Below are positions 57,477 to 60,817 of a DNA stretch of 60,817 nucleotides, piece by piece (position 1 is the first letter of the stretch; every line of letters begins with the position of its first letter). Position numbers and translations under genes: made by a program. Source of the stretch: Actinomycetes bacterium (GTDB taxonomy: Bacteria > Actinomycetota > Actinomycetes > Actinomycetales > Cellulomonadaceae). A model generated the notes under the pieces. It was not told the DNA's origin. It was given only the letters and a program-made list of their open reading frames with translations, and did no database searches. Where the stretch lies: NCBI GenBank assembly GCA_023418375.1, contig JAEZZV010000131.1, positions 1 through 60,817 of the forward strand. Direction: 5' to 3'.

Positions 57477-58334
57477 ATGACGAGGGTTCTTGTCACGGGT
57501 GCCGGCGGGTACATCGGCGGCCACGTCATGCACGCGCTGGCCGCTACCGGAGTCGATGTCGTGGGCGTCGACCTTCCCAGCCCAAAGCGCGCACCTCAGG
57601 ACCTGCCGATCCCTCTCCTCGAGGCGGACATCTTCGAGGACCCCGTTGCGCTCATCGACGAGGTGGGGCCCGTCGATGTGTGCCTGCACCTCGCCTGGGA
57701 AGCGGGCTTCGTGCACGACGCTCCCACGCACATGCTTCGGCTGTCTGACCACGTGCGGTTCCTGGACGCGGTAGTCGCCGCGGGTACACCGCGTCTTGCT
57801 GTGCTCGGCACGATGCACGAGGTCGGGTATCACCACGGGGTGATCGACGAGACCACCCGCACGGAGCCGCGAACGCAGTACGGCATCGCCAAGGATGCGT
57901 TACGCCGGTCCCTCGGGCTCAAGCTCATGGGGAGCGCGACCGTCCTGCAGTGGCTGCGCTGCTTCTACATCTACGGCGACGACGCCCGGAACAACTCGAT
58001 CTTCACCAAGATCATCGAAGCGTCGCGTGCCGGTCGGAAGACGTTCCCGTTCACGACCGGCTCGAACAAGTACGACTTCCTCGAGGTACGTGAGCTCGCA
58101 TGGCAGATCACCGCGACGATCCTGCAGGGTCAAGTCACCGGGGTGATCAACTGCTGCTCGGGCACACCGGTCTCGCTGGGCGAGCGCGTGGAGGAGTTCA
58201 TCCGCGAGAACGATCTTGACATCGCTCTGGAGTACGGCGCGTTCCCCGACCGGCCGTACGACTCGCCAGCGGTCTGGGGGGATGCCACGAAGATCCGAGA
58301 GATCCTCTCGCAATACGGCGGGCGACCGCTCTGA
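57477..58334 (+). CDS. NAD-dependent SDR, probable dTDP-6-deoxy-L-talose 4-dehydrogenase (Tll-like)
   Basis: VTGAGGYIG, HLAW..GF.H, GTMHEVGY..G.IDE, YGIAK..LR, QWLR..YI.GDD..NNSIFTK, NCCSG.P.SL, FP.R.YDS..VWG. Confidence 0.7.
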   Translation: MTRVLVTGAGGYIGGHVMHALAATGVDVVGVDLPSPKRAPQDLPIPLLEADIFEDPVALIDEVGPVDVCLHLAWEAGFVHDAPTHMLRLSDHVRFLDAVVAAGTPRLAVLGTMHEVGYHHGVIDETTRTEPRTQYGIAKDALRRSLGLKLMGSATVLQWLRCFYIYGDDARNNSIFTKIIEASRAGRKTFPFTTGSNKYDFLEVRELAWQITATILQGQVTGVINCCSGTPVSLGERVEEFIRENDLDIALEYGAFPDRPYDSPAVWGDATKIREILSQYGGRPL

Positions 58335-58449
58335 ACGGACGGGCGCCCCGCTACCTGCCACGCGCCTGCTGGATTCCGATGCGCCGGCTCGCGCGCGGCC
58401 CGTCGCCGACGGCTCGCAACGCGCACCAAGCGCTAGGGTCGTCAGCTGA

Positions 58450-59512
<1,063 letters not shown>

Positions 59513-59608
59513 GCGGCGCCGCGCCCCGGTCGATCTCCACGACACCTCCACGCGTTCGACGCCCAGTCGTCGTCGTCCGCCGAGGGCCGACACCTATGCT
59601 CGTGAGCC

Positions 59609-60817
59609 GTGACCCCCCGCCACACGGCCGCGCGACAGCACCGCGTCCGCCACGCCCGCCGCCACCGGCATCACCCCCTGCTCAGCGGCATGGCGCTCAC
59701 CGCATTGGCGATCGGCTCCTTCGGCCTCACGGCCGCAGCGACGGCCTACCAGCGGCTTTCGGGCAACATCGACACGTACGACATCTCAGGTCTCGTCGAC
59801 GACATCACTCCGGCGCCCGGGTCGGTCACCACTCAGCACGACCCGAACGACCCTCGCGAGGGACGCGCCCTCAACCTGCTCGTCCTGGGCTCGGACGTCC
59901 GTTCCGGCGAGAACGCCCTGCTCGGAGGCGAGGAGGACGGCATGCGGTCCGACACGACGCTCGTCGTGCACGTCTCCGCCGACCGCAGCCGCATCGACGC
60001 CGTGTCGATCCCGCGCGACACCCGCGTCGACATCCCCAGCTGCAACTTCAACGACGGCTCCACGTCGCGCCCGCAGTCCGCCCGCTTCAACGCCGCCTTC
60101 TCGATCGGCGCCCGCAACAACGACATCGGCGAGGCCGCCGCCTGCACCATCCAGACCGTCCAGTCGCTCACCGGCGTCCAGATCGACGGCTGGGTCGTGG
60201 TCGACTTCGCGGGCTTCCGGAGCATGGTCGACGCCCTCGGCGGCGTGGACATGTGCATCCCGAACGACATGGAGTCGTCCAAGTCGGGGCTGAGCATCAC
60301 GGCCGGCATGCACGAGCTCGACGGCATCACGGCACTGGCCCTGGCCCGCGCACGCACCGGCGAGGGCCTTGGCAACGGCTCGGACATCAACCGACTCGGC
60401 CGGCAGCAGCAGCTGATGAGCGCCATCGCGAAGGAGGTGTTCGAGAAGAACCTCCTGACGGACCTCGACCAGCTGTACCGCTTCCTCAACGCCGCGACGC
60501 AGTCGCTGACCGCGGACGAGGAGACGGGCAACATCCGCTCGCTCGCCGGTCTCGCCTGGAGCCTCCAGGACATCCCGCCGCAGAACATCACCTTCCTCAC
60601 GGCGCCGCACACGACCAACCCGAACGATCGCAACGAGGTGGTCTTCGTGCCCGAGGCCGACGCGATCTGGCAGGCGTTCATCAACGACACCCCGATGGTG
60701 CCGCAGGCGCCGGCCGCCACGGATCCGGGCACGGCAGACCCCGGGACCCCGGCGCCCACCACCCCGGCGCCCACCACCCCCGCGCCCACCACCCCCGCGC
60801 CCACCACCCCCGCGCCC
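59609..60817 (+). CDS. LytR-CpsA-Psr (LCP) glycopolymer ligase, truncated by the window end
   Basis: Manual translation from GTG 59609: N-terminal TM, LNLLVLGSD.R, RSDTT, VSIPRD, FNAAF, VDF.GF, LGGV, SDI.R..RQQ. Absent from the ORF track because it has no stop codon in the window. Confidence 0.92.
   Translation, partial: MTPRHTAARQHRVRHARRHRHHPLLSGMALTALAIGSFGLTAAATAYQRLSGNIDTYDISGLVDDITPAPGSVTTQHDPNDPREGRALNLLVLGSDVRSGENALLGGEEDGMRSDTTLVVHVSADRSRIDAVSIPRDTRVDIPSCNFNDGSTSRPQSARFNAAFSIGARNNDIGEAAACTIQTVQSLTGVQIDGWVVVDFAGFRSMVDALGGVDMCIPNDMESSKSGLSITAGMHELDGITALALARARTGEGLGNGSDINRLGRQQQLMSAIAKEVFEKNLLTDLDQLYRFLNAATQSLTADEETGNIRSLAGLAWSLQDIPPQNITFLTAPHTTNPNDRNEVVFVPEADAIWQAFINDTPMVPQAPAATDPGTADPGTPAPTTPAPTTPAPTTPAPTTPAP
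60746..60817 (+). repeat. 15-bp coding tandem repeat (TPAPT)n in the LCP tail
   Basis: accccSgcgcccacc, four full copies plus a partial copy at the edge. Confidence 0.85.

Noticed and set aside
59786..60807. Minus-strand ORFs of 274 and 324 aa
   Set aside because: Antisense to the LCP gene, which has clear family motifs.

Overview
High-GC actinobacterial DNA, most consistent with Micrococcales (Cellulomonas/Actinotalea-like; this is inference). Nearly the whole window is one cell-wall polysaccharide locus, bracketed by whiB plus a TIGR03089-family gene on the left and rmlB plus an LCP glycopolymer ligase (truncated by the window end) on the right. It encodes manA, a dispersed rmlA/D/C/B dTDP-L-rhamnose set, a probable dTDP-6-deoxy-L-talose reductase, two tandem Gmd-like genes, a WbpB/E/D-like diamino-sugar trio with a UDP-GlcNAc 2-epimerase, and a Wzm/Wzt ABC exporter with a long C-terminal domain. 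It also encodes about 13 GT2/GT4 glycosyltransferases, methyltransferases, coiled-coil proteins, two O-acyltransferases and three candidate lipid-carrier side-chain modules, one resembling GacIJKL/WpsABGJ. Four secreted proteins with repeat domains are interleaved, and two of them share one ~100-aa repeat. The 49-58 kb segment is visibly less GC-rich and carries a degenerate IS481-family element. Many genes look leaderless (TANNNT 6-8 nt before the start codon). No rRNA, tRNA or CRISPR array was seen. All product calls come from motif recognition, not database searches.
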